Below, piece after piece: positions 1 to 14,785 of a DNA stretch of 64,000 nt. The stretch lies in the NCBI RefSeq assembly GCF_009914755.1, contig NC_060931.1; one strand, given 5' to 3'. The position numbers and the translations under genes are program-made. Within the stretch, counting starts at the first letter, position 1; each line of letters begins with the position of its first letter. The stretch comes from the human T2T-CHM13v2.0 reference genome, Homo sapiens. The notes below the pieces were generated by a model. That model made no database searches. It had not been told where the DNA came from and was given only the letters and a program-made list of their open reading frames with translations.

Positions 1-251
1 CTCTCCAAACCTCAGATTCCTCATCTGTAAATTGCTGGTAACAACAAAAACATCACAGTAAAGGATACAGAACTGAATAATCACTCAATATAAGTATAAT
101 ATTATTCTCTGTTTGTCAAAGACTAAATGTGAGTCCAACAACAGCAATTGCTGCCAAAATGTTTAATTTTGAAACACATAATAATGAGGCTTCATATTAA
201 AAAAAATATTCACTTGAGTGTATTTTATAAACGACATAGTAAAAAGAGTAC

Positions 252-466
252 CTTTTGATCAAGGTGTCCAGTTTATTCTCTCCATCTTTTAAGAAGTTAA
301 TGCATTTCTGAAAGATACAGCTTATGTAATGCATCTTCATAGCCAATACTTCATTCATGTCTCTTTGCTTCATACATTTCTCACAAATCAAATCCATCAC
401 TCTGTAGCATTTATTCAGGGCTGCTTCTTCTGTCAGCAGAGGATTCTCATTTACAAGCATCACGAT
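252..466 (-). CDS. ANKMY2: ANKMY2 exon 6 (IVMLVNENPLL...NKLDTLIK-), 215 nt; gene continues beyond the window
   Basis: Acceptor TTTCCTCTAG|, donor AAG|GTACTC. Overlaps ORF 197..463. The MYND domain is not in this window. Confidence 0.96.
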
Positions 467-1267
467 CTAGAGGAAATCCCAGTGTACTCAGGTATTAAAG
501 GAGACACTTGTTCATGTACAAATTAGGTAGTCCATTTAGTTGATTTCAAAAGATTACCAAAGAAAGCCTTCCTTAGGATCATGAAGTTATTATGTTATTT
601 GTTAGAATGCAAATTACCCAGAACTTATAGAACTAATATAGAAAGACCCTGAAATAGTGGAATCTCTTGAACTCTGTATATCAAAGTTATAATGTGATCT
701 TCCATCTACCTACACCACAGTGCCAGTATGCCATTCAAGAGCACATGATTTTACAGTCTCTGTTAAATTCACTTTTACTAAAGATAAACATGACAAATTT
801 GTACATTTTACATAAAGAATCAAATCATTGAGCAATAACCACTTTTAGTTAACATTACTCAGCTCTAGAATTTCATGGCTAGGAGAACTACAATTCTCAT
901 TAATTCTTATTAAGCACAAGAAAATGAGATTTTTTCAGAATGAAGTCTAAAAATGAAATATGCTTTACTTTCCAATTAACTATATTTCTCTATGGAAATT
1001 TTCCTGAAGATGCTTCCAATCATCTACAGTAATGAGAACAGGTCAAAGAGGAAGCCATAAATAACTTTAAAGGGGAAATATTAGAATGATCAAATCTTAC
1101 ACGTTATGAGTCCCACATTTCCTATGTATGCACAGATTATGCTCAAATTTAGTGTAATATGGAGTATTTTTGTATTAGCTTTGTTGTAGGGTAGATTATT
1201 TGAAGTAGGTCTGCAAAGGACTGCTGTAAATATCCATGGTGGCATAACAGTAATGTAAACATGAATG

Positions 1268-1792
1268 TGAGAGTGGCAGGAGGCAGCCAAATGCCTAGAG
1301 AGAATAGGGGTGGGTCCTTGGTGAAGCCCCACTTCCAAGCCAAAGACAGTTTAAAGCCTGAAAGCCAAGCTACAAATTAAATCCTTGAACCGGACTGAGA
1401 ACTTGTCTTCCTGTTTGACTCAATTTCTTCTGATTGATCCCCACCCTTCACCTATTTTACATACACCTACCCTTTCCTAACTGGTTTTCTACACTGTTGT
1501 GCCCACCATTGAGTGGTGTCTTCACTTTAACCTTTTTTACATACTCACAAACCAATCAGCATGCACTCCCCTTTCTGAGTCCATAAAAGGACCTGGACCC
1601 AGGCACATGGGGCACTTTCCCGCCTTTGGGTAGGGGAACCACCCTGCACTGCGTCTCCTATTTGCTGAGAGCTTTCCTTTCACTTAATAAATTTTACTCC
1701 ACTCACTCTCCAGTGTCCACCTGTCTAATTCTTCCTGGTTGTAAGACAAGAACTTGGATCTAGCTGAACTAAGGAGCACAAAGACCACAACA
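1268..1792 (+). mobile_element. Solo ERV LTR, probably ERV1 class (LTR27/LTR1-like, tentative)
   Basis: TG...CA ends, 4-bp TSD AATG (1264-1267, 1793-1796), CCAAT at 1552, CATAAAA at 1582, AATAAA at 1686. Confidence 0.8.
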
Positions 1793-3442
1793 AATGTAAC
1801 AGGGACACAACTGTATGCACAGAGCAGACAGCCAGTCAGTACTTGCTAACCTACCTGTTACAGCTAAATCAATATCCCAGGGACTATACATGTCAGGGAA
1901 CAACAGGTAGATTTCCTGAATTAGATTCTTTTCTTTAGGCATGAAAAAAGATCATCTATTAGTAAAGCCCATAGCTAGCCCTCTAATTAGAAATTTAACA
2001 CAGATTAAATGTCCTTGTAAAATTAAACGAATTTCACTTTTTGACATTTATTAGATTTATACACAATCTAGTGTTTTACAAAAATCCAGCACTTAATAAT
2101 AAGTTATTAGACTTAATGAAGTAAGTATAATCAGAATCCTTATTGATAACTCTCTCTACCAAAACATACTTTGACAATTTATGGTGGAGAAGAAAAGACT
2201 CATTAATTATCTGTTTATACTTCTGCTAATTGTAATCATTTAAAGTTGTTTGATCAGTATTTTTATATATGGCATTTATAATCAACTATAGAACCTTAAA
2301 CTTACAAGTGAGAATTCTTTCAAAAAATTTCAAACAGAGCCCAGATTAATAATTTTTTGTTTGGAGACATCAGACCTTATCTATGTTTTAATACACAGCA
2401 CAAATATACACCAAGAAAAATGACAAATAACCACATCATTAACATGCGCTTATTGAAACAACTACATAGCTGCACACAAAAGAATAATATTTGTACTTGT
2501 TTCCTTCCTTAATCTCTGCAGCATTATGAAGTAATATATTATAAAGGAAATCCTTTTTATTAATTAATGAGGAGGAGCAAATAAATATATTTCTATTGGC
2601 ATTAAAAACTAGATAAATTTTTACCATTCAAAGGATTGCTACCTGAGAATATGTTTATGTAGTGGCATTTTGAATTCTTTTTATTTTTTAAATCCTATTT
2701 TTAAAAACTGCTAAATCTACAATACTGGGCTTGAAAATCACAATAATCAAAGACATGATTGTTCTGTGCACATCTGCCTCCTGTACACTTAGAGACCCTG
2801 CTCTGCTGACATTTTTTTCTGTGATTTTGTTTTTCTCCTAGATAACCTTCATATTCTGGGCATCAGCACAATCCTCCAAATCCCTTTTGAAAACAAATGC
2901 ATCCTTATTGCTACGGCAGCCACTTAATCTAGACACAAATACAGCTATATTAGGTGCACTGTAATGAAAAGTGAGGTGTGTATTGGGGAGAATTTCCGAG
3001 CTTGTTTTAAAAGCTGTTTAACATTACACAGTGGTTATTAGTTTTTAAATAATACTCCATAGGAAATGCCATGCTAGCTTAAAAAGGGGGTAGAGCAATA
3101 AAAATGGGCCACAGTAACAAAAGCAACTGGGTGGCTTTTAGATCCCAAGGGTGGATAAAAGAAAAGGTTTCGAGCGAATAGATTGTTTATACCTACAAAA
3201 AGCAAGGTCTGGTCTGGAGGAAGGTATATAATAGGATAGCCCCCTTCATACTCCAAAAAATATTATGTAGTCTATTTCAGACTATATACCTTTACAAATT
3301 ATTGTCTGCATAATTATGCCCTCAATCTAATTTACTTAAAATATATACCTTCAAAGATAACTGAAGGTAGAGTATTAATAATTATTAGGACATTTAACCC
3401 TGAAAGACTGGGTTCCAAGTAAACATAAAAAATTATTCCATA

Positions 3443-3644
3443 AGCCTGGCCAACATGGAGAAACCCCATCTCTACCCAAAATACAAAAATTAGCCAGGCG
3501 TGGTGGTGGGCACCTGTAATCCCAGCTACTCAGGAGGCTGAGGCAGGAGAATCGCTTTAACCTGGAAGGCCGAGATCTGTACCACTGCACTCCAGGCTGG
3601 GCGACAGAGCAAGACCCTATCTCAAAAAAAAAAAAAAAAAAAAA
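3443..3644 (+). mobile_element. 5'-truncated Alu
   Basis: Alu linker, right arm and poly-A tail. Confidence 0.9.
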
Positions 3645-5447
3645 TTCCACAAACCCTTACTGCAATCTGAAGAGGCAGAAACATAGATATGAAAGACAGT
3701 GAATCAGAAAAGTACAGGGAACTTCTTCAAGTCAGTCTAAGCCAGAATATCCTGTATTGCTCAGGCAGTGGAGGAACAAGAGTCTTACAGAACCACACAC
3801 ATTCTCTACATTGAGAAATACTGTACCCTGACAGAAACCTGTCTCCCCATCCCAGCCAGCCCATGCCTGAGAGAGTGCCATGGACAGAGGTCAATGCTTC
3901 TCTTGGGAGTTCTCTTTTCCCTAGGTATGCTGGGAGGGAGAGAAACAGTAACACAGAAGAAAATACATATTTTTTAAAGGTTAAATTCTAAGCCCTCTGT
4001 AATCTCCACTAGAAACATGAGTATGCAGTTCACAACTGAATTTGCCCACTTAGTATCACAAGTGTTGCCTCTGGCAGTTCTTCCAGAATATTAAGAAAAA
4101 CTCTGAGTTTTCTAAAATAAAAATAGCAGATTCCACTCTTCTGTCTGATGGGAAAGGTATCTACTAGTTTGTCATCTCTCTTAAGGGCCTAGAAAATTAA
4201 TTTGGGTGGAGGAACACACAATGAGTAAATTTGGTTTGTTTCTCAACCTTCAAGTACTCAAGAAAGATGCACAGGGATGCATCAACAAAGTAATAAGATT
4301 ATACACATTTTGGATCTTATATCTTTGAGTGAGTGTCAGTCTTCAGAAGAGTCACCTTATAAGAACTGTCCACTCATTTTCATGATGCTCAGCAGACTCC
4401 ACAGATTCTTCTTTCGTAATAAACTTCTGGGGAAATCTATTTTACTACATGATAGTAACGCCTTATGTTAAGGAAGAACCTTAACTTTTGACACAACTTA
4501 GTATCTTGCTCACTTAAACAGCTCTGAACTACTATCAAATCTTTATGAGTAAAAGCATGTGATAGATACTGAAATTGAAATAGGACCTCATCACTGTAGC
4601 ACACATGTAGCTGTGTAGTTTTCTGTGATGATTATTGAGGAAATTATACTTGTTTAGCTGGATTTTTTTGAAAAAATTATGTGTAAACAACAACAGCAAA
4701 AGCCTGTATTTTTAAAATCTGGAAGACAATAGCAGTGAAATATTTCAGAATAGCTCTTGAAGTTTCCCAGTTAAGCCATTTGAACTTATGTGTTGGCCTA
4801 TGAAATTTGAAAATCTGATTTGATGAATTACTGGAAGAACTATGTTATTTAAAGGCATCAAATAGCCACTTAGTTTAAAAATGTGCTCATGATTACATTT
4901 CAGAATCTTTCTTAGAAAGACAATTATTGTAATAGATGCTGTTAGTGCCCCCACATACATCCTTTTTACCAGGCCTGTATACCAGGCCCCCGGGGCTCTC
5001 AGGGTCAGCTACTATGGTCTTTTCTCCAGAGGACTACCCTCATTGAAAGGGAGCCACCTCACTTGGTACTATGTGGGAGGCTGTCCTTTCCCTCTGGAGA
5101 CAGGCCCCACCCAACAACAGACTGATGAATACAAAAGAATTCCTTTGCCTCTCTGGAGCCACTCACACTCCAGAGCTCCCGGTGGGATGAGGTGGAAGCT
5201 AGGCTTCAGCAAACCCATCTCTTTGCGTGGCTTTTCCTGATGGTTTAGTCTGTTTCTCTCTCGCTCACTCACTTCCAGGTTTCAACGGAGAGTGTTCCTT
5301 CAATAAATTAACAGGCCAAAAGAGCCCACTGCAAGCTCTACAACTACAAAACCCACCCCAAGACAATTATGATCCTGTATAATAAAAGCAGTTTAAACTC
5401 TGAAGCAATATTTACATAAAAAGCAAATACGGTAGACACCACACTAC

Positions 5448-5608
5448 CTTGACAGGATGAAGATTCGTTGTGGTGATAATTTTGTGCAGCGGGCCTGCCA
5501 ACTTTGGGGGCAGTTTTGGCTCTTTATCCAGTCCCTGGGGCTTAGTGTAATAATCCAGTCTCTCTCGAGGAAAGAAATTGTTGATTATGGTCACACAATC
5601 ATGTTGAC
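5448..5608 (-). CDS. ANKMY2: ANKMY2 exon 5 (GQHDCVTIINNFFPRERLDYY...NLHPVK), 161 nt
   Basis: Acceptor CTATGAAAAG|, donor AAG|GTAGTG. Overlaps ORF 5412..5594. Cumulative CDS 531 nt. Confidence 0.96.
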
Positions 5609-6748
5609 CTTTTCATAGAAAAATAGAAAAGTTGTAGTTTTAGTATTAAAAATAACACATCTGGTTTTTAAAATTAATTATGTTGCTATTTTTGTGATGT
5701 AAACATGCACCAATATCTTTATTTTTCAGGAAAGGAGAGTAGAGGAGGAGGAGGAGAGATAAAATATTTTAGAGAACATTTATAAACATTCCTTGTAAAG
5801 TTGATAAACAATCTTTGAAAGACACAGAATCCAAAATACATACGAAGATTATGTGGATTACAAAAGAAAGCACTGCTCAACTTGTAAGAGACCTTAAGTA
5901 TTTTCTAACAGTTGCTTGTAAGTTAAATGTCTCTTCTTCCCAGCCTACGCAAATGATGCTCATGTTTCCCTAATCACATCCAGTTGTATTTACACAAAAT
6001 TTAAATTTACTCCATACAAAGTATTGTTCTTACTATAATGATAATATTAAACTAAACCCCCTCCCCCTTATCCCCTACCCCCTAAATTTGAGAAAAGCTT
6101 GCCCTCTTTGTGAAATGTAGAGAAAAGGCTTTCGCTCCCATAAGCTTGGAATCCACATCGTGGCTTTGCATAGAATTCCAAGCCACTTCTCTAAGCCATC
6201 TCTAGTTAAAAATGGTTCTATGAAAGCAAATTCTTCCCTAGCGAAGCTGCTGGTTTGCAAGTGTGCTCCTGCGGCGCCCCCCCCTCCCTAGCTCCCTCTC
6301 CACTACCTCTCTGGAGCAAAGCAGTGGCCACTCTGGGCAAGCAGGCAGAAGCCACAGGGCACACAGGAGGGCGGGCGCAGGCTCTTCCTGGATCTCCGGA
6401 GGAGACTTCTTCCTCCGCTCTGCCTGATGAGGGCTGGGGGACCAGCGGAGGCGCGCCTGGGGAGAGCGTGCAGACGCCATGGCCCCCGCTCCCGGAGAGT
6501 GGTTCCCCCTGGGTAGCCTGCATGGCCCCTGCCTGCTTGTGCTTGGTCCTGGGAGCGCCTGCTTGATCCTGCCGACAACAGGTGACCTGCGTGGGGATGG
6601 CACTGTGGGCCAGCTGGACGCTGGCGCTTGAGGCTGGCAGAGGGCTCTGCTTGTCCCTGAAAGTTCCTGGGAGAACCCAGGAGTGGCAGGCTTCATCCTT
6701 GTGCCTCAGCTGGTTTGCTGACCAAACCAGCTTAATGTCTCAATTAAA

Positions 6749-7024
6749 TGGTTGAATACTTTTGATGAGACATTTTAGAACTTTTTTTTTTTATGGGAAC
6801 ACCTATCTTTTTATTGAAGCTCGATGTAGATTTTGTTTTAAGGAAGCATATGCAGTTTGTCTTCATCTTCCCTGGTTTCTTCATACACATTTCTAAATTT
6901 CCCCACAGTTACCTGTGTTGATTTTGATGCTGTATTCATAACCCACTTGCATTAGATTTGCTTGGTTGAATGTCATTTTTCTCTCTTCTTGAAGATTCTA
7001 TAAGGAGAGTGATAATTTTCTAAA
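6749..7024. repeat. Left arm of ~277-bp non-Alu inverted duplication
   Basis: Reverse complement aligns by eye to 8393-8670 at roughly 85-90% identity. Confidence 0.92.
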
Positions 7025-7387
7025 GTAATTAATTAATGTCTTAATTGAGACATTAAATTTTCTTCTTCCACTGATCCAGGACCCTATCAGCTTTACCTGA
7101 CTTCCTGGGAGGTACAGAACAAGGTACGTATGGGGATCCAGCAATTCTGAAGACTACGCCATGCCTCCAACAGAGGGCTTCTTGGGTTGAAAGTGTGTGG
7201 GTAACATTTACCATAACAATAACTACCACAACTACAGCTAATAAATGCACTTAAGCAGATTCAATTATAATATATAAATAGACTTTCAAGAGCCGCAGAG
7301 AGATTCAAATTTTAAAAATTAACAGGCAAACTGAAAGAGGTGATCCTGGTTACTATTGAGAACTAAACTAGTAACACAGAGGATGAA

Positions 7388-8010
<623 letters not shown>

Positions 8011-8392
8011 GATCGAGTGGATGAAATATCTCAAAACAGAAAAATTCAGATATAGAAATCATTATACAACAGATGAAAGAGCTAAAGAACAAATCCAGGA
8101 AATCTAATAGTGAAAATTAACAGACATCTCAAAGGAAAAAAAGGAATAGATGGAGAATTAAACAAATGATAAAAGAAAACTTCCCTGATTTGAAAAGAGA
8201 ATTTAATAGTGATCACAATACCATTTTTGGTACTCTATGCTTTTATTAAGTACCAGAACACCCAATTTCTTTCTTTTTGGGGGGATTCGGGGAGGTGGGT
8301 ATTTCTTTTATTTCTTTCCCCAGTACATACGTCTTGAAAAGTCAAACAGTAGCAGTCTATATTAAAAATGTGAAATGAGCCAAGGTGCTCTG

Positions 8393-8670
8393 TTTAGAAA
8401 ATGATCACCTCTCCTTCCAGAATCTTCAAGAGAGAAAAATGACATTCAACCAAGCAAATCTAATGCAAGTGGGTTATGAACACAGTTATCAAAATCAACC
8501 CAAGTAATTGTGAGGAAATTTACAACTGTATGTGAAGAAACCAGAGAAGATGAAGACAAACCGCACATGCTTCCTTAAAACAAAATCTACATCCAGCTTC
8601 AATAAAAAGATAGGTGTTTCCACACACACACACAAAAGTTCCAAAATAGCTCATCAAAAGTACTGAACCA
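8393..8670. repeat. Right arm of ~277-bp non-Alu inverted duplication
   Basis: Includes a 53-bp exact match (8428-8480) to the reverse complement of the left arm. Confidence 0.92.
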
Positions 8671-8818
8671 GACATATGAAGACTTGAAGATAAAGGAGTC
8701 AGAGAAAAATAAGGAATTAGCTTATAACTGTATCTTCTCATCAGTCCTCCAACTAGTACAATTAGGAAAAGCAGGCAGCAGGTAGAAATATCTGTACATA
8801 AAAATAATTGCTACATAA

Positions 8819-9212
<394 letters not shown>

Positions 9213-10293
9213 TAAGGTTTTTCATTTTAGGTAATGCTTATTTTGATATTTTATTTTAATTAATCTGCTAATAACATATTTGAATAATATGTTTAAAGTT
9301 TATCTTTGTAAATACTTAATCATTTAGGTTTAAATGTTTGTAATTGAAATTCTTAAATATTTTACTAGTTTTAAATTTATAAATTCTGAATATACATAAA
9401 TAAAATAATACTACTAATATAGAAAATAAATGCTGCAGGTGGAGAAGCCAGTACATCATTTTGCTCCCATATTACAATCACTAGATTTGAGTCCTCTAGA
9501 CTTACAGGGCTCACTGAGTGTGATTAATAGGAACACACACATACAACAAGACGTATCCTTTTCAAATTTTTTACTTTCAAGGATAAACTGAAAATCAAAT
9601 GCTCTTCCAGAATGAGAAATGTAAAGTTTACAATGGAAAGTAAGTTGAATTCTCATTTGCAAAACCAGAACTTAGAAAACTGTAGAATAACTTCTATATG
9701 TCGGAGAGAAAAGAACTCTGATATGAGTCAGAAAGCTAGGCAAAATATGACTCACATTTCAGAAAGAAAGGTATTAATAGTTTTGTCATGATGGGTGTCA
9801 AAGAATATACAACCTACGTAACCCATTTGAAAAGGTCCTATAACCAAAATCTAAATGAGAACAGAGATCTAAAGACAAAAATGCAAAAATGGAGACAAAG
9901 GGGAGGAGAGAGAGGACAGTAAGAGAGTGAGTTCATATGAGTGGGTGAAGATAGATGACAGGCAAATCACACAGCTGGTGGTATGGATTACTGAAAGAGA
10001 AGCAACACCCTGTCAATGACACTCTCATTACAGCTTGTGCTAAAAATACTAGACTCTCTCAGCAAAGTCCACAGCTACAGGTATGATTGGCACAGGTTTT
10101 GAGGAAGTATCAGAGAAGGCAGAAAGGAAAGACCTGTGGCCTGACAAGGCAAAAACAGAGAATGTGGAGAAATAAATGAAGTATAAGGATTTCATCTTAT
10201 AAAGTTGCTAAATGGGTAAATATGGGGCCTTGGGGATGGGGTATGTGGTACTGTACAGTTTTGACCAGCCAATCACTTTAGGGAAATACATGT

Positions 10294-10295
<2 letters not shown>

Positions 10296-10328
<33 letters not shown>
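10296..10328. repeat. (CA)n microsatellite
   Basis: Read directly. Confidence 0.95.
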
Positions 10329-10330
<2 letters not shown>

Positions 10331-11396
10331 TGCATGCACAAACAATAGTCAAGTAAAATAAAGAGTAAAAATGAGGTAAAAGAGGAGGAATGCAACCACA
10401 TATATCAGTAATTACATTAAATATACATAAGCTAAATACCTGTTAAGAGAGGGAAACTAACATTTTAGATTACAAAACAGAACCCACCTATATGTTTATA
10501 AGTTATACTACTTAAATGAAATGATAAAGATTGAAAATAACAGATGAGCAAACAGATCATTGACAAAAAAAGGAATTATGAATAGCTGTAATATCAGTAA
10601 AAGTAGAACTAAAAGAATTCAACAAGAAAAAGAGTGACATTATACAATGATAAAACCAATAGCAATATATTAAAAGTGAAAAGCTAAAAATATTTTCATT
10701 AAAAACAGGAAAAAGACATGCCAATTATCACTATTATTTCTTCTTACTTGGCCCGAAGCAAATTCAAATAGAAATCAAGATAAAGTTTAATAGCTAGAAA
10801 ACGCAGTAAACTGTAATAAAAATAAGAAAAAAATACAGAAATCAATAGCTTTTCTCTTTATTATCCATAACCAGCTGGAAGTGACTGAGTGTGGAGGTGG
10901 TAGTGCAAATTCTTACCATGTGGACAGTAACCACAAATTACTAAGAAATAAATTTTGAAAGAAAGGATTGATATGAAGGAACCAATTAAATATTACTGAA
11001 AGACCAAAAGTCAGTCCCCTCCCCTAAAAGAAATGTAAAAGTGTACTGTGTAATTGGATGGAAAGTCCTAACCTCATACAAATGTTAATTCTCTGCAAAT
11101 AATTATATAATCATTTAGTAAAAGAGAATTTAACTTACCACAAAGGTGGTATTTCAATTTAGTAGGAAAATGTTAGCTGGTGTAATAAATGGTGCCATCA
11201 CAATTAGCTATATATCTGGGGGGAAATGAACTCTAAACAAATAAATTCTAGATGTACCAAAAAAATCATAAAAAATAACTGAAGGATATTTAGGAGAATA
11301 CTTATGTAACTCCTGGTCAAGAGGCCCACTTTTAGCAAAACAAGAAACACGGAAGCTATAAAAGAAAAAATATGACTACTTAAAAATAAATTTCCT

Positions 11397-11864
<468 letters not shown>

Positions 11865-12167
11865 TTAGATAATGGATTTGTATGCATAAAGCTCCTCAAA
11901 GCAATAACAAAGGGCATCCCCCCACAAAAAAATGAATAAAGAGTATAAGTGGGTAATCCACAAAAGTGAAAATACAAATTACCAACAACAGAAGTGCTTA
12001 ATTTCATAAATAATGAGGGGAAAGTAAGTTCACAATGTACCATCTTTTTAACTATCAGAGTGGCAAAAATCAAAGAATGGTAATACTCAGCTCTGATGAG
12101 GATATTACTGTGAATTACTATGCCCTTTTGGAAAGGAATCTAGACTTACATTAAAATTAAAACTCTA

Positions 12168-12502
<335 letters not shown>

Positions 12503-14686
12503 CTATATCCTTTGTCTCAGCAATTTTACTTCTAAGAAATACTTTAGAGATATTAAAGTTCTAACATGTAAAAAATATTCAAGTACTAACTTGTAAAACA
12601 TAGAAAATCAAGGATGATTATTACATTATTTGTAGAAAAGTGGTTAAAAAACTGTAAAATCTGTCAATAAGGGAGAGCTAACTGAACTGTGGAACATCTA
12701 TATCATGGAGTATCATATAGCTGTTGAAGGAAATGAATTACACCTACTGAGATGGGAGGAACTTCCATGATGTATTAGTAAGTGAAGAAAACAAGCTACA
12801 AGGAATATCTGCTGTGTGATGGGTGGCATTTTTAAAAAATGACAAAAATCTTATGTATGTATGTACGCATGTATACATACTGATCCACTTGAAGGAAACA
12901 AAAAGGGGAGAATGAGCTTTTTTAAAGGCTAATTATTTGGAAAATACAGTAACAACTGGAAGGGTGCAATGTAATTTTCTGTCTGTGAAATCAGTTAAAT
13001 ATATTAAAATGGAATGAAAACATTACTCTTATTTTAGGATAGGATTGCAAACAATTTTTACTGTAGTAAAAATTTTGTTAGTATTGTAGTGTTAAGAAAA
13101 AGAAAGGAGCATTGTGTTAATGCCTGAAAGAAGAGACTCCTCCATTTCCAGACCTGTGATCTTGGGAAATTTTTTTACCTGTATCTGAGCAATATTTTGT
13201 TACATTGTGGATATAATGAAAACTTGTACAGTTAAATAGAAGTTCAGAGATCACCTAATTCCCCTGCTTCTTTGCATACAGATCAGAAAACTGAGGCCTA
13301 TGGAGGTAAAGGAATTTGCCCGTGATCCTATAACTAATTATCAGCACACATGAACTAAAGTTCAAGTCTCCAGATTCCTACTTTAGTGTTCTTTCCCCCT
13401 GCAGTGACACCCTCAAAATTAGCTCAGAACTGAGATGGGGCAACTTGGGGCCTGTACACACGGGAGTTAAAATATTTCTCCGAAGCTTACACAAGGCCAT
13501 ACCTTTCTCAAGTCCTTTTGAAATGAAAATAAGGATACTTCTTCTAACAGAAAAAGCTGTCATAAAGCAACTGAGTGTCTGGCTTAATCAATGGCAGCTT
13601 CTATTAGTAGTTTCAAGAAAATGTTCTAATAAAATTTAACATAATATTCAGTTACTATCCTCCACACCTAATTTACACTGTATCTGAACCTGACTTCTCT
13701 CAAAACCCCCTTGAATTGGACAGATCCTCCTCTTCTATGTATTTTTATGGAGCTCTGAAGTTCTACCTTGGAGTATGTGTTTTCGCACCATTTGTCATTG
13801 CTATTACCCTTTAAGTGCCAAGAAAGTATGAACAGCCTGTCTTGTCACTATAACCAAGACACCTACAGTGATGCTTGCTTTATAGGTTGTGAACATTATT
13901 TGTTTAATGAATTATTAGTCCCTATACGGCCACTTACTGCACTCCCAATAAATCAGACGTTGCTCTTTGCTTTTCTCTCAGTGGACTCTCTTCACCACCA
14001 ATTCAATGGTGTCAAAATACCAAAGAACAAGAATTCACTCCCACTCTTTCCTTACATTATGTCAAGCAATAGGATTAACATGCCAAGAATTATTGGGCAC
14101 ACAAAATAAACGTCTGTGGTTGATGAGAATGATAACGAAGTAGTTGTATATTATTATCAAGTACTCTTTCCTAAGAGTTATGTCATTGTTGTAATAATTA
14201 TTAACAACAGTAACTAATACCATTTATTTAGTGTTACATGGAAAGTTCAAGTCTATCACCTCTTTTAATCCTCACAATAACCCTGTAACATTTTACCATG
14301 AGGAAACTGAAGGTCAGAATTATTAAGTACTTTGCTATCACGTGGCACAGCCAAAATTTAACTTGGGATTACTGACTTCTCGGTTAGCATTCTTAAACAT
14401 TAGGGTTAGCTACTTCCATCAGAGACATAAAATATACATGTTATAAGCATTTGTGAGCAATTACAATGGCCCCACTACTCTTTGTATTTGAAAAAGTGGA
14501 AATTCGAAATAGCCATTTGTTTTCTCCAGAGTCACTAGGTGTTTCATTAAGTTACAGTGGACTGTAAATACTTAAGTTTTTTTAAAGCAACATGATAATA
14601 TTTTCACCATGAGAAGCAAAGTGGGTTTTTTTTCCACAAGGGAAATTTTGGGTATAATCTAATGCAAAACTGCAGCAAAATCTCAC

Positions 14687-14785
14687 CCACAAAGGCTGCC
14701 ATCTGAGCTGCTGTTCTTCCCACAGAGTTGACAACATCTGTCTCAGCACCAGCTTCTAACATTACCCATGTGATGTCTTTATTAC
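14687..14785 (-). CDS. ANKMY2: ANKMY2 exon 4 ([34 protein letters not shown]), 99 nt
   Basis: Acceptor CTCTAG|, donor TGG|GTGAGA. Phase 1-1 with an ankyrin-like peptide; frame consistent with exons 3 and 5. Confidence 0.95.

Noticed and set aside
6218-6696. ORFs of 91-152 aa as a processed pseudogene or hidden gene
   Set aside because: No recognisable domain, open on both strands as expected from GC content, and no poly-A tail. The block is reported only as an orphan segment.
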